64,000 nucleotides of DNA from a virus. Every line of letters starts with the position of its first letter. The first letter of the stretch is position 1. The DNA lies in IMG/VR virus record IMGVR_UViG_3300036846_000488, positions 1 to 64,000 of that record; one strand, given 5' to 3'. Position numbers and translations under genes: made by a program. Below the pieces are notes generated by a model, which was not told the DNA's origin, made no database searches, and saw nothing but the letters and a program-made list of their open reading frames with translations. This document shows positions 23,549 to 32,951 of this stretch, piece by piece.

Positions 23549-25612
23549 CTACTTGCTGATCCGGACCAGGCCGGTCATCGGGTTGTACCAGCGGATCTCC
23601 ACCAGGTTGGCGTTGACCCTGGTCACATCGCCGAACTGCTCGACGTTGCTGTTGTCCTGGGTGTAGACCAGGACCTCCTGCTTGCCCAGGTTGTGCGGGC
23701 ACGACCACAGCGTGCTGGCCGTGGCGAAGCTGAAGGTGGCGCTCGCGATCAAGGGGTTCGGGTAGGAGCCGATCAGATCTCCGCCCGCAGCGCCAGTGGG
23801 TGCACCGCCCGTCCCTCCACCCCCACCGCCGGTGGAGACCGTGACCAGCGGGGCGATCTGCAGGTCGTGGCCGGGGTTGCCCAGCAGATTGCTCGCAGCA
23901 CCGTTTTGGAAGGCCCACAGTCCGATCGTGTCGTTCAGGGCCGCCTCGACCAGCGTCGAGACCGTCACCGTGGCGGGGTTGGAGGCGATGGTGGCGCTAC
24001 CGACATCCTGGCGGCGTACCTCGGTTCCGTTGACGACGATCGCCGCGAGCCGGCGTCCGGCGGTGTTGGCGGCGAAGGTGACCGAGCCGGTGACCAGATA
24101 GGTGCCCGCCTTGTCGATCACGACGTTGCTCCCGCTCAGGTGCCCCCAGGTCGGAGCCGCACCCACCAGCGCCAGCCCGGTGACCTGACTGATGCCTCCG
24201 CCGTTCGCGATCGGCTGGGACGAGGACGAGTACCAGTCCGCGGCATCCGCGGTCGGACCTGGCAGGCCCTGGGAGTCGGCCTCGATCTGGCCGGTGATGA
24301 TGTCCATGAACAGCGGGTACTTGGTGATCGTCGTGGTCACCGTGACCTGGGTGAAGAAGGTGGCCGAGGCCGAGAAAGCGCTCATCGTGCCGCTGGCACC
24401 CGCGGTCTGGACCTGCCACTCGACCCGCTTGTCCTTGGCGTAGGTGTTAGCCGGGAGGCTGTACGTCTTCCCCGCTGAGTTGACCTGGGTCACAGTCACC
24501 CAGGTCGCAGCTCCCACCTCCCGGTGTCGCACGATGTAGGCGGTCTGAGCACTGGCGTCGGTGGGGTTGTAGGTCCAGCTGAGCACGATCGGCGCGGCCT
24601 CGTTGACCGTGACATCGCTGGCCGGGCTCAGGTTGGTCGGTGGGTTCGGAGTCGAGACCGCAGCCGCGGGATCGGACTCCGTGCTGACCGCGGAGTAGTC
24701 GGAGAACAGGTTCTGGCCGGAGGTGGTCTTGGCCCGGACCCGGTACTTGTGCCGCCGGGTCGGGTCCGGAGCGACATGGGTGTAGGCAGACCCGTTCACG
24801 GCGTCCAGCGGGCCGTTGTCCCAGACCCCATCGACGGCGTGCCAGACCTGGGTCTCGAACTCGGAGTAGTCGCAGTTGTTGGTCCAGGTGATCCTCTGGT
24901 TGGCTCCGGAGGCAGTCCGGGTGCAGCCGCTGGGCGCGGCAGGCGTGGTCCAGACGATCCCGGCCCGGTCGTAGGCCGACTCGCCCACCGAGTTGTGCGC
25001 CTGGACCCGGTAGGTGTACTTCCGGTTCCCGCCCGCACCAGCATCGGTGTAGCCGACGATTGAGCCGCTGATGTTCCCGATCCGGGTCCAGTCCGAGTGC
25101 CCGTAGACGAAGCGCTCGATGTAGATGTTGCCGTACGGCTCGCCCACCGTGTCGTGGTTGATCCAGCCCACCCGCACCGTGTTGTCGCTGTTGCGGTCCG
25201 CCGAGGTCTGGGTCGGCGGAGCAGGCAGGCCGACCGGCCTGGCCGGAATGGCCTGGGTGTGGCTGTTCGAGGGCGTGATCCCGTTGAAGGCCCCGACCAG
25301 GGTGGCGGAGAACGTCTTGGTCCCGGGCGAGGAGCCGTACTCGTCCCAGGCGTAGTTGTAGGTGTAGGTCCGGGTGCCGCGCTTGACCACGGCCCCGTCG
25401 CCGCCGTTGTTGGGGAAGCTGATCGAGCCGCCGATCGCACCGCCCAGGTTCAGCTGCTGGGAGTCGCTCCAGGAGTGCTGGTTCTGGGTGTAGTAGTCCA
25501 CCGTGAAGGTGGCCCCGGTCTCGTTGTGGCTGATCGCCTCCACCGACACGTCGATCCCGACCCGGATCCCCAGTCCGCCGGACGACTCGTATGGCCCCCA
25601 GTCGATCGCCAT
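23549..25612 (-). CDS. tail protein with fibronectin-III-like repeats and C1q-like domain
   Basis: Start MAIDWG (25612); YTYRVQAHNSVGES, YRVRAK, EWQVQT FN3-like strands. Confidence 0.68.
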   Translation of the reverse strand: MAIDWGPYESSGGLGIRVGIDVSVEAISHNETGATFTVDYYTQNQHSWSDSQQLNLGGAIGGSISFPNNGGDGAVVKRGTRTYTYNYAWDEYGSSPGTKTFSATLVGAFNGITPSNSHTQAIPARPVGLPAPPTQTSADRNSDNTVRVGWINHDTVGEPYGNIYIERFVYGHSDWTRIGNISGSIVGYTDAGAGGNRKYTYRVQAHNSVGESAYDRAGIVWTTPAAPSGCTRTASGANQRITWTNNCDYSEFETQVWHAVDGVWDNGPLDAVNGSAYTHVAPDPTRRHKYRVRAKTTSGQNLFSDYSAVSTESDPAAAVSTPNPPTNLSPASDVTVNEAAPIVLSWTYNPTDASAQTAYIVRHREVGAATWVTVTQVNSAGKTYSLPANTYAKDKRVEWQVQTAGASGTMSAFSASATFFTQVTVTTTITKYPLFMDIITGQIEADSQGLPGPTADAADWYSSSSQPIANGGGISQVTGLALVGAAPTWGHLSGSNVVIDKAGTYLVTGSVTFAANTAGRRLAAIVVNGTEVRRQDVGSATIASNPATVTVSTLVEAALNDTIGLWAFQNGAASNLLGNPGHDLQIAPLVTVSTGGGGGGTGGAPTGAAGGDLIGSYPNPLIASATFSFATASTLWSCPHNLGKQEVLVYTQDNSNVEQFGDVTRVNANLVEIRWYNPMTGLVRISK

Positions 25613-27522
25613 CAGGTGATCCTGACCGAGACCGTGGGATGGAACTGCAGGCTGGTGCTGGTCACGCCCACCCCGACCCGCTGCACCAGGTAGCCGATCG
25701 TGGTCGGTGGCCGACTGACCACCTGCCCGGCGTTGCCCAGCCACTGGGTACCGGGGGACAGGTTGCTCATCAGGGCGTTGTCACCGACGTGGTACACGCT
25801 CACCAGAGCCCCGCTGGACACCGTGTCCAGGACGAACCCACTGGCTCCCTGGCGCAGGCTGGCCGAGGCCTGGCGGACGGCGTAGACCCCGTTGTTGTTC
25901 CAGACGTTCACGATGTTGCCGGCGGTCAGGTTCTCGGTGGCGGTCAGGACGGTGGTCTGCCACTTGTCGGTGGCGATCGTGTTGTCCTGGATCGACACCT
26001 CGGCGTCCAGCTGTCCGATCAGCTTGGCCACGTCGATGAAGTACAGGGTGTCCTCGGTGAAGTACTTCCGGATCCAGGTCCCGTTGCGCAGCTCCCAGAT
26101 CTCCTGGATCTTGTCGCCGACCAGCTGTGAGGTGGAGTTCTCCGGGTCCCCGTCCCAGGAGCCGTCGAAGGAGTCGCCGTCGAAGTACCGGCCCAGGTCC
26201 GGCTCCCGCTCGACCAGCAGCGCTCCGGTGTGCCAGACATCTCCGGCGTTGGGGTTGGTCTCGCGCACGTAGAAGGAGACCGCTCCGGGCGGGGCGGTCC
26301 CGGTCACCAACAGCCGGGGCTCCGCGATGGTGCCCAGGACGCTGGGATCGAAGGCGTTGAGCACCATCTGGTAGGGATCGCTGGTGCTAGTTCCGATCTG
26401 GGTGCCGGTGCCGTCGAACCAGTAGATCTCCAGGATCAGCCCGGCTCCGCTGCCACTGATCAGCTCGGCGTAGACCGAGGCGGTCCAGACATCGCCCTCC
26501 GCGCAGGCGGCCTGCACGTTCTGTCCCCAGGCCGCCCAGTACGGCGCAGTGCCCGAGGCGGTCACCTTCAGGGTCCAGTCCCCGGACGGCACGTACAGGG
26601 CGGAGTCCCGGACCGCCACCACCCCGGGTGCGTAGGTCCAGTCGGCATCGTTGACCTCGAACGAGGGGTTGGTGCAGACGTTGTTGCGAGGTCGGGTCCG
26701 GGTGAACCAGATCGAGCCGTTCACCCGTGGGATCAGGGTCTCGGTGGTCTCCCCGGTGATCGGGTCGATCCGGTCCGCCAGGTAGGTCAGGTCGTCGTCG
26801 CCGGGCTCGTAGTCGCTCATCGAGACCCGACCATCGGCGGTGTCCGCGGAGTTGTTGGCGCTCTGGGCCAGGTAGGACAGCTGGCTCACCGTGACATTCA
26901 TGGCGTCGAGCGCGAGCGCGTTGTTGCCGATCGCATCGGCGTTGTTGTCCGCGGTGTTCTGCGCCCTGACCACGCCCAGGTCCTGGACCAGCACCCAGCC
27001 GGTGTCCCCGATATCCGAGGAGCCCGCCACCGCGGACCGGTACATCGTGTTGGCCGGGTTGGAGGTGTCGGAGTCGGCGTCGTAGATCAACTCGGTGTTG
27101 TACCAGATGTCCCCGATCGAGCTCGAAACCGGAGGGGTGTCCTGGTGGAAGGTCTTGATCCCGCCCGCCGAGGGCTGCCAGCTCGTACCGTCCCAGACGT
27201 AGGGCTTGAAGTCGTCGTCGTCGTCGAACCAGATGTCGCCCTCGGAGAAGACCACAGCGGGTGGGTTCTCGACCGGCTCGTCCGGACCGACGTAGGTGAG
27301 CTTGCCGGCCACTCCGCCAGCCACGTCCTGCCAGGCGTCGGCCACGCCGTTGAAGATCTGCAGGATGCCGATGTCCATCCGGAAGATCAGCTGTCCAGGC
27401 CAGGCCGCCTCCACCAGATCTGCGGTGGGTGTGCTCGGGTCTACATCGAAGATCTGGACATAGGTGGACTCGACCGGCACCCGCTGACCCATACGTGGCG
27501 ACTGGGCCTGGTCGAACACCAT
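25612..27522 (-). CDS. tail/fibre protein with carbohydrate-binding-like domain
   Basis: GDIWFD/GDIWYN repeats, NVCTNPSFE...YFDGD. Confidence 0.65.
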   Translation of the reverse strand: MVFDQAQSPRMGQRVPVESTYVQIFDVDPSTPTADLVEAAWPGQLIFRMDIGILQIFNGVADAWQDVAGGVAGKLTYVGPDEPVENPPAVVFSEGDIWFDDDDDFKPYVWDGTSWQPSAGGIKTFHQDTPPVSSSIGDIWYNTELIYDADSDTSNPANTMYRSAVAGSSDIGDTGWVLVQDLGVVRAQNTADNNADAIGNNALALDAMNVTVSQLSYLAQSANNSADTADGRVSMSDYEPGDDDLTYLADRIDPITGETTETLIPRVNGSIWFTRTRPRNNVCTNPSFEVNDADWTYAPGVVAVRDSALYVPSGDWTLKVTASGTAPYWAAWGQNVQAACAEGDVWTASVYAELISGSGAGLILEIYWFDGTGTQIGTSTSDPYQMVLNAFDPSVLGTIAEPRLLVTGTAPPGAVSFYVRETNPNAGDVWHTGALLVEREPDLGRYFDGDSFDGSWDGDPENSTSQLVGDKIQEIWELRNGTWIRKYFTEDTLYFIDVAKLIGQLDAEVSIQDNTIATDKWQTTVLTATENLTAGNIVNVWNNNGVYAVRQASASLRQGASGFVLDTVSSGALVSVYHVGDNALMSNLSPGTQWLGNAGQVVSRPPTTIGYLVQRVGVGVTSTSLQFHPTVSVRIT

Positions 27523-27531
27523 GTGCTGAGA

Positions 27532-28212
27532 CTAGTGGGGTAGCAGGTCGCCGTACTTGGTGAAGCCGCTGTTCGCGGTCCCCGAAGGTCCGGGAGGCCC
27601 AGCCGCACCGGTAGCACCGATCGACCCCTGCGGACCGGTCAGACCGACTGGTCCGGGCGGACCGGAGCCGACCCGGGTCACGTTCAGCGCACCCAGACTG
27701 ATCGCCGTGGCCGCGCCCGCGCGCACGAACACGTTGACCACCTCGCCACCGACAGCACGGTAGGGATAGGCCAGGTCGATGTAGAAGGGCGCACCAGGCA
27801 CCGACTGCCGAGTGGAGCGCACGATGGTCACTCCACCGGTGGCGAACCAGAGCTCCCGAGAGCCGGCAGCAGCATCGTCGAACCGTAGCCAGCACGACAG
27901 CAGGTAGTCACCAGCCGCGGTCAGAGTGATGTTCGATGTCGATGTGAAGCAGCTCAGATCGTCATAGGAGACAGAGCCGAAGGCCATCGTGGTGTCCGTG
28001 GTGGCCGCGATCGGGTTGTTCGTGCCCACCGTGGTCTTGCCCATCAGCTGCAGGATCTGCCCCATCTCGCCCTGCTCACCGACCGGACCCTGAGGACCGT
28101 CGATGCCCTGGGGGCCAGCGACACCGGTCGGGCCCTGAGGTCCGATCCCCTGCAGCACTCCGGTGCGAACCTGGATCGCACCACCGTTGACCAGCCGAAC
28201 CACGTTGCTCAT
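27532..28212 (-). CDS. collagen-repeat fibre protein
   Basis: Two Gly-X-Y tracts flanking a beta domain; ATGA-coupled start. Confidence 0.7.
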   Translation of the reverse strand: MSNVVRLVNGGAIQVRTGVLQGIGPQGPTGVAGPQGIDGPQGPVGEQGEMGQILQLMGKTTVGTNNPIAATTDTTMAFGSVSYDDLSCFTSTSNITLTAAGDYLLSCWLRFDDAAAGSRELWFATGGVTIVRSTRQSVPGAPFYIDLAYPYRAVGGEVVNVFVRAGAATAISLGALNVTRVGSGPPGPVGLTGPQGSIGATGAAGPPGPSGTANSGFTKYGDLLPH

Positions 28213-28595
28213 AGCACTGTCACTCTCTGGTTGACCGTGCACTCGCCACGGATCAGCCGTTGGACCTGGTTGCCGGCGTACTCGTTGCCGTCGTTGACGG
28301 TGATGAACAGGTCGTACTTGTAGACCCCGGGCACCAGCGCACCGGTCACGTCGTCCTCGATGTGCAGTTGGATCAGCCCCTCCTCCGAGGACAGAGAGAT
28401 CTCCGGGATCGTGCCATCGGGTACCTCGGTGTCCGGTGTCTGCAGGGAGAGCTGGGTACCACCGGTGGCGCTCTTGATGTCTAGTCGACAGGGCGCGATC
28501 ACGTTGTAGGGCTGGTCCAGGTCATCGGTGTAGATGATCGTGGTGGTCCAGTCCTCGCCCTGGTCGATGTCCAGCGGAACGTACGCAGCTCCCAT
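28209..28595 (-). CDS. BppU/LtfC-like fibre attachment protein
   Basis: LDIDQGEDW...YKYDLFI...LIRG. Confidence 0.6.
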   Translation of the reverse strand: MGAAYVPLDIDQGEDWTTTIIYTDDLDQPYNVIAPCRLDIKSATGGTQLSLQTPDTEVPDGTIPEISLSSEEGLIQLHIEDDVTGALVPGVYKYDLFITVNDGNEYAGNQVQRLIRGECTVNQRVTVL

Positions 28596-28607
28596 GCCCT
28601 CAGTCTC

Positions 28608-29093
28608 CTAGTCCTGTCCCGTCGCCGTTGCGCCAGTGGCCTTCAGGGCCGCGATGTAGTCCTCTTCCCGCTCCCCCATCACCAGCACCAGGTTCTTCTG
28701 CACGATCGGGTCGACCTGCTCCAGGCCGGCGATCTTGGCCCGGGCCGAGATGATCTTGACCGCTGAGTCCACGCTCTTCGGGTCGCCCATCATCGCCGAG
28801 GGCCAGACCGCGCTCTGCAGGGCATCGAGCCGAGTGATCTCCAGGAACAGCATCGACTGCCGGTCCAGGCTGCTCAGGTAGCTGGCGTCGTAGGCGTAGC
28901 GCTCCATGATCATCCGGATCACTTCGTCGGAGCCGCCGATCCCCAGCTCCTTGCCGATCTCAGTTGGCGACATCCCGCCGATCCGCAGCTGGTAGGCCTT
29001 GTTCGCTAGCTCCCACGTCTCGGCCTTGGATGGGGATCGCTTCCCGCGCCTGACCACCGCCTTGCGGGAGTCGATAGGTGTCACCTCGTCCAT
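28608..29093 (-). CDS. probable terminase small subunit (HTH)
   Basis: AYQLRIGGMSPTEIGKELG HTH + LEITRLDAL...W...GD...RAKIAGL. Confidence 0.6.
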   Translation of the reverse strand: MDEVTPIDSRKAVVRRGKRSPSKAETWELANKAYQLRIGGMSPTEIGKELGIGGSDEVIRMIMERYAYDASYLSSLDRQSMLFLEITRLDALQSAVWPSAMMGDPKSVDSAVKIISARAKIAGLEQVDPIVQKNLVLVMGEREEDYIAALKATGATATGQD

Positions 29094-29547
29094 GACGGAA
29101 GTCCTCCACTACCTCTGAGACCGTGGTCTCGCCATTGTCCACCATCTTGAAGATCCGCCGTCGCACCCGCCCGCTGGTGCTGGCCCAGACCCCGTACTCC
29201 TCGCGCGTGGACAGCGCCCAGGTCAGGCACTCGATGTAGACCGGACAGACATCGCAGAGCTTCGAGGCGGCGCGCACCTGTCGGATCGACATGGTGGGCT
29301 GCTCGTCCTCATCCCCGAAGTAGTAGTTGACCCCTACCCCGGCGCAGTGTGCTTGACGCTGCCACTCGGGATAGAGGTCGTCGATACCGTACGAAACCCA
29401 GCGCTCTGAGTCTTCATCCTTCAGGACCTGGCCGGTCGCACTCAGCCAGGCGTCCAGGCTGAAGGCCCGTTCCTCACGGCTCCAGCTGGAGGTTCCTGGC
29501 TCGCTCGGAGATCTGGCGTCCGTAGAGGGAGATGCAGCAGGCGTCAT
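28960..29547 (-). CDS. whiB: WhiB-family transcription factor
   Basis: WQRQAHC...LCDVCPV..ECL.WAL...EYGVWAS four-Cys motif; start uncertain. Confidence 0.85.
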   Translation of the reverse strand: MTPAASPSTDARSPSEPGTSSWSREERAFSLDAWLSATGQVLKDEDSERWVSYGIDDLYPEWQRQAHCAGVGVNYYFGDEDEQPTMSIRQVRAASKLCDVCPVYIECLTWALSTREEYGVWASTSGRVRRRIFKMVDNGETTVSEVVEDFRHGRGDTYRLPQGGGQAREAIPIQGRDVGASEQGLPAADRRDVAN

Positions 29548-29965
29548 AGAGGTCCTGGTCATCCCCACACAGCGGAGCATACGCACCGTGAGTCACATGG
29601 ATGTAGTCCCTGACCGAATCTTTGGTCGCGTTCCCGTTCCCGACGACCTCGCGCTTCCAGGTCTTGTTGTTCACCAGACGCACGTCGCTGTACAGGGCCA
29701 GCGCGGCCATCACCGCGCCACGCACCTCGGTCAGCTGCAGGGAGTACTTCTGGTTGTTGCCCACCACGGTGTCCTCGATCCACACCTGGTCGACCTTGTG
29801 CATGAGCGCCACATCGTGCACGTAGGAGCTGATCTCCAGCAGCTGCAGTGCCCTCCCTGCGACCGACTTCTCCAGATTGAGCACATGGGTAAGGCCGCGA
29901 TCCTCGCCATCCAGCACGAAGACCGCGGCCTTGCGGATGCCGAGATCGACACCCATCACGCTCAT
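29474..29965 (-). CDS. ruvC: RuvC-like Holliday junction resolvase
   Basis: VMGVDLG, VWIED, WK..V.GNGNATKD, DLYDA. Confidence 0.85.
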   Translation of the reverse strand: MSVMGVDLGIRKAAVFVLDGEDRGLTHVLNLEKSVAGRALQLLEISSYVHDVALMHKVDQVWIEDTVVGNNQKYSLQLTEVRGAVMAALALYSDVRLVNNKTWKREVVGNGNATKDSVRDYIHVTHGAYAPLCGDDQDLYDACCISLYGRQISERARNLQLEP

Positions 29966-29974
29966 GCCATGAGC

Positions 29975-30427
29975 CTACGACAGCGGGTTCACCTGAGGCT
30001 CGTCGCTGGGCAGGTCGCCGGGCAGCGTGTTGTCCACATGCGGGTCGTTCGGGTCAGCCGGCACCTCGACCACGGGCGGGTCGACCGGCGGAGCGTCGGG
30101 GTCGACCGGTGTGCTCGGGTCAGTGCCGAGAGCGTTGAGGCGGTCCACCTCAGCCCGGATGTTGGCGACCGCGGTGTTGGCATCGGCAGCAGCTGCAGCC
30201 GCGTCCGCGTCGTCAGCCTGGGCAGCTGCGAGGGCATCCTCCAGAGCTGCGATCTCCGGGAGCAGACGCTGGGCCACCCCGTCGACTGCGCCCCGCAGCT
30301 CGTCTACTGATGCACTGAGATCCGACATCTTCTTCTCCATCGTGGTGAGTTTGGGTAGGACGACGTACAACAGCAGCTGGCGTTCGGTGAGCTCATCCAG
30401 TGGGATCGAGACCTTCTTGACTGCCAT
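29975..30427 (-). CDS. hypothetical coiled-coil protein with Pro/Asp-rich tail
   Basis: ORF track; typical codon bias. Confidence 0.55.
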   Translation of the reverse strand: MAVKKVSIPLDELTERQLLLYVVLPKLTTMEKKMSDLSASVDELRGAVDGVAQRLLPEIAALEDALAAAQADDADAAAAAADANTAVANIRAEVDRLNALGTDPSTPVDPDAPPVDPPVVEVPADPNDPHVDNTLPGDLPSDEPQVNPLS

Positions 30428-30460
30428 GACTCCATCATGCGGGTGGCGGCTAGTCGGTCC

Positions 30461-30574
30461 TCACTTCTTCCTGTTCGCTTCCTTCAGCTCGTCGGCGATC
30501 TCCTCCAGCGCCTGGATCAGATGATCGAACCGCTCCAGGAACAGGTTCACCGCCTCGCTGATGTAGTCGCTCAT
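30461..30574 (-). CDS. 37-aa amphipathic microprotein
   Basis: MSDYISEAVNLFLERFDHLIQALEEIADELKEANRKK; ATGA-coupled. Confidence 0.5.
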   Translation of the reverse strand: MSDYISEAVNLFLERFDHLIQALEEIADELKEANRKK

Positions 30575-30651
30575 CTACGGGTCCGACTTGTCAGCACCCA
30601 GACCAGCAGGGCCACCACCAGCAGGATCACGATGATCCACAACGGGCTCAT
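30571..30651 (-). CDS. 26-aa single-TM microprotein
   Basis: MSPLWIIVILLVVALLVWVLTSRTRR; ATGA-coupled both ends. Confidence 0.55.
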   Translation of the reverse strand: MSPLWIIVILLVVALLVWVLTSRTRR

Positions 30652-30740
30652 CTGACGCGCCCCCGCAGGGGCAGCGCCAGCAGCAGGATGATGATCAGCA
30701 GCTCGATCACGACGATCCACTGGAACACGTCTCTACTCAT
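30648..30740 (-). CDS. 30-aa single-TM microprotein
   Basis: MSRDVFQWIVVIELLIIILLLALPLRGRVR. Confidence 0.55.
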   Translation of the reverse strand: MSRDVFQWIVVIELLIIILLLALPLRGRVR

Positions 30741-30758
30741 GAGCGCACCGTACCCCGA

Positions 30759-30857
30759 TCAGGACATGGCCAGCACGATGCACACGCTCACGATGGCAGC
30801 AGTCACTGTCCCCACAACGACTGCTGCGAACAGGATCAGCCAGTCCGTCCGGTCCAC
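30759..30857 (-). CDS. 32-aa single-TM microprotein
   Basis: GTG directly after upstream stop; MDRTDWLILFAAVVVGTVTAAIVSVCIVLAMS. Confidence 0.45.
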   Translation of the reverse strand: MDRTDWLILFAAVVVGTVTAAIVSVCIVLAMS

Positions 30858-31823
30858 TCAGAGCACTTCCCCGCCGGCAGTGCCCGTGACCCTGGTCAGG
30901 TCGTAGAGCTCGTCGTCCATGTAGTCCCCGAACCCCCACCACTCGGGGCCACTGAAGCTGTCTCCACTGGCCTTGCCGTCGTTGTCCGTGTCGGGCTTCT
31001 CCGCAACGTCACTGAACCGGAAGGTCTCGTTGTAGGGCCGGTGATCGCTGCTCACCACTCGGCTCATCAGGTTGGGACCATCGGTGAGCTTCACACCGCG
31101 GTACAGCGTCCCGTCGATGATCCGATCGTGGTAGCCCTTCCCCGGACTCCCAGCAGGCGCTGTGGGCCCGCCATGGAGGCTTCCTCCAGCGGTGGGCATC
31201 TTCCGCCAGGCGATGATGTACTGCTTGCCCCAGCGCTGCTTCAGCAGGTCTCGGAACCACTGGTCCTTCAGGTTCACGTTCCAGTCCGCCACGATCAGCG
31301 TGGCATCCACATGCTGCTTGCGCTCCATGTCCGCCACATGGGTGTGCCAGTTGGTCAGTGCAGTCAGGTAGGCGTTCTTCCGGGCCGCCCAGCCCTCACC
31401 TGTGGTGCGGAACCCGCCCACGCCCTCGATGTGGGCAGGAGGGTGACTCACACTCACCAGCAGCTTGTGGCCCGAGCTCTTGTGCACCAGCACCACCGTG
31501 GCTGCCCAGATGTAGAGGTTCTGCCGTCCGTTCAGCCGGTCGAAGGTGTTCGAGCTCAGCCTCAGCACCAGACCGTTCTTGCGCTTCCAGGTATCGGTAC
31601 GCCAGCAGATCCCGGTGTTGTCTGCATCCCGACTCTTCTTGGCGTTGTAGTAGGCCCAGCCCTTCTCGGCCATCGTGGCAGCCCGGTTGTCGTTGGTGAT
31701 CTCGGTCAGGGTGATCAGCGAGCTCTGATCCATCCAGTCATCGAGGTCGGCCTCCAGGGACGCTGCTGAGCGGTCGAACCGCGACGAGCAGTGGATGTGG
31801 TGGAACGTGGGCAGGTTGGCCAT
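30858..31823 (-). CDS. endonuclease/exonuclease/phosphatase (EEP) family protein
   Basis: ITLTE, VSH, ADWN, IIDG, SSDH motifs. Confidence 0.7.
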   Translation of the reverse strand: MANLPTFHHIHCSSRFDRSAASLEADLDDWMDQSSLITLTEITNDNRAATMAEKGWAYYNAKKSRDADNTGICWRTDTWKRKNGLVLRLSSNTFDRLNGRQNLYIWAATVVLVHKSSGHKLLVSVSHPPAHIEGVGGFRTTGEGWAARKNAYLTALTNWHTHVADMERKQHVDATLIVADWNVNLKDQWFRDLLKQRWGKQYIIAWRKMPTAGGSLHGGPTAPAGSPGKGYHDRIIDGTLYRGVKLTDGPNLMSRVVSSDHRPYNETFRFSDVAEKPDTDNDGKASGDSFSGPEWWGFGDYMDDELYDLTRVTGTAGGEVL

Positions 31824-31845
31824 GAGCTCATCGTTCCACCATGCG

Positions 31846-32670
31846 CTACGCGGGCATCACAATCGGCGATGGATCCGGCGGGATGATCGCACCAGTAGCA
31901 GGACCGGTGTCGGGTAGCCCGTACTTCGTCATCAGGTAGCCGTTGACCTGGGCCAGCTCGGGATCGGTCAGCTCACGGTCGTAGATCACCAGCTCGGCCA
32001 CCTCGCCGTCCACGGTCTCGGAGGAGTTCACCGGGTCGTAGCCACTCAGCGCATAGGTGCCACCTACCCCGCCGCCATTGGCGAAGGTGCCCTTCACCAC
32101 CCCGTCCACCAGCGCGGTGGTGAGAAAACCGGGAGTCGAGTGACCGGTCATCCCATAGACCTTCCACGGCGACGGCATGGTCCAGGTCACCGAGTCCTGG
32201 AACACCCAGCCGTTGTCGTAGAACAGATCGGCGTCGGCAGACTCGTGAATGCCGACCAGGAAGTTCGGTGGTGGGTAGATCGAGGTGAACAGCCGACCAG
32301 TGTTGGTGGTGCCGGACAGATGCCCGACGTAGAGGATCGTGTAGTCGAAGGTGAGCCCGGTGCCAGTAGCCCGAGTTCTTCCCTGGCTGACCACGTAGCG
32401 AACCACTGGATGCCCGTTCAAGACGTTCGGCACCATCACTGGGGAGGGTGCTCCAGCCGTCCAACCCACCGTCAGCCCATGGTTCCCGGCTCCCGACAGA
32501 TCGTTCCACTGGACAGTCAGATCCCCTGCGTGAGCAGGATCCAGCCAGACCACCAGCCCAGGGATCTTGTCCGGGCCGAAGGGTGAGTAGATCTTGTCTC
32601 CATCCAGGTAGACAGCATCCACCGCCTGGTCGCCCAGATAGACCGCATCGGCGGTGTTCAGCAGTGGCAT
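31846..32670 (-). CDS. virion protein with LamG/concanavalin-like domain
   Basis: GLVVWLD...WNDLSGAGNH...GEVAELVIYDREL...YLMTKYG. Confidence 0.65.
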   Translation of the reverse strand: MPLLNTADAVYLGDQAVDAVYLDGDKIYSPFGPDKIPGLVVWLDPAHAGDLTVQWNDLSGAGNHGLTVGWTAGAPSPVMVPNVLNGHPVVRYVVSQGRTRATGTGLTFDYTILYVGHLSGTTNTGRLFTSIYPPPNFLVGIHESADADLFYDNGWVFQDSVTWTMPSPWKVYGMTGHSTPGFLTTALVDGVVKGTFANGGGVGGTYALSGYDPVNSSETVDGEVAELVIYDRELTDPELAQVNGYLMTKYGLPDTGPATGAIIPPDPSPIVMPA

Positions 32671-32951
32671 CAGCCGACGACCACGTAGAGCACCGTTGGA
32701 TCGGGTGGAGCGAGCGCGTCGTACTCGGCCTGAGTGAGCTGAGTCCACTGCCCCTCAGGACCAACAGGCCCTGGCGGTCCAACCGGCCCCGGTCGCCCAG
32801 GCACACCCACTGAGACCGCCGGCGGATCAGCATTCACCGTCAGCAGTGGAGCAGCGGTGTTCACCTCGATCGTGATCCCAGCATCACTGATCGAGACCGG
32901 TGGAGCCTGAGTACCCAGATCCACGGTCACCGTCTGGGCGTAGCTAGGCAT
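32670..32951 (-). CDS. short collagen/fibre protein
   Basis: GPVGPPGPVGPEG + LTQAEYDAL..PDPTVLYVV. Confidence 0.6.
   Translation of the reverse strand: MPSYAQTVTVDLGTQAPPVSISDAGITIEVNTAAPLLTVNADPPAVSVGVPGRPGPVGPPGPVGPEGQWTQLTQAEYDALAPPDPTVLYVVVG

Noticed and set aside
21654-23918. 754-aa minus-strand ORF
   Set aside because: Only the last 137 aa (from 22067) look real; the rest is an off-frame read of the fibre genes
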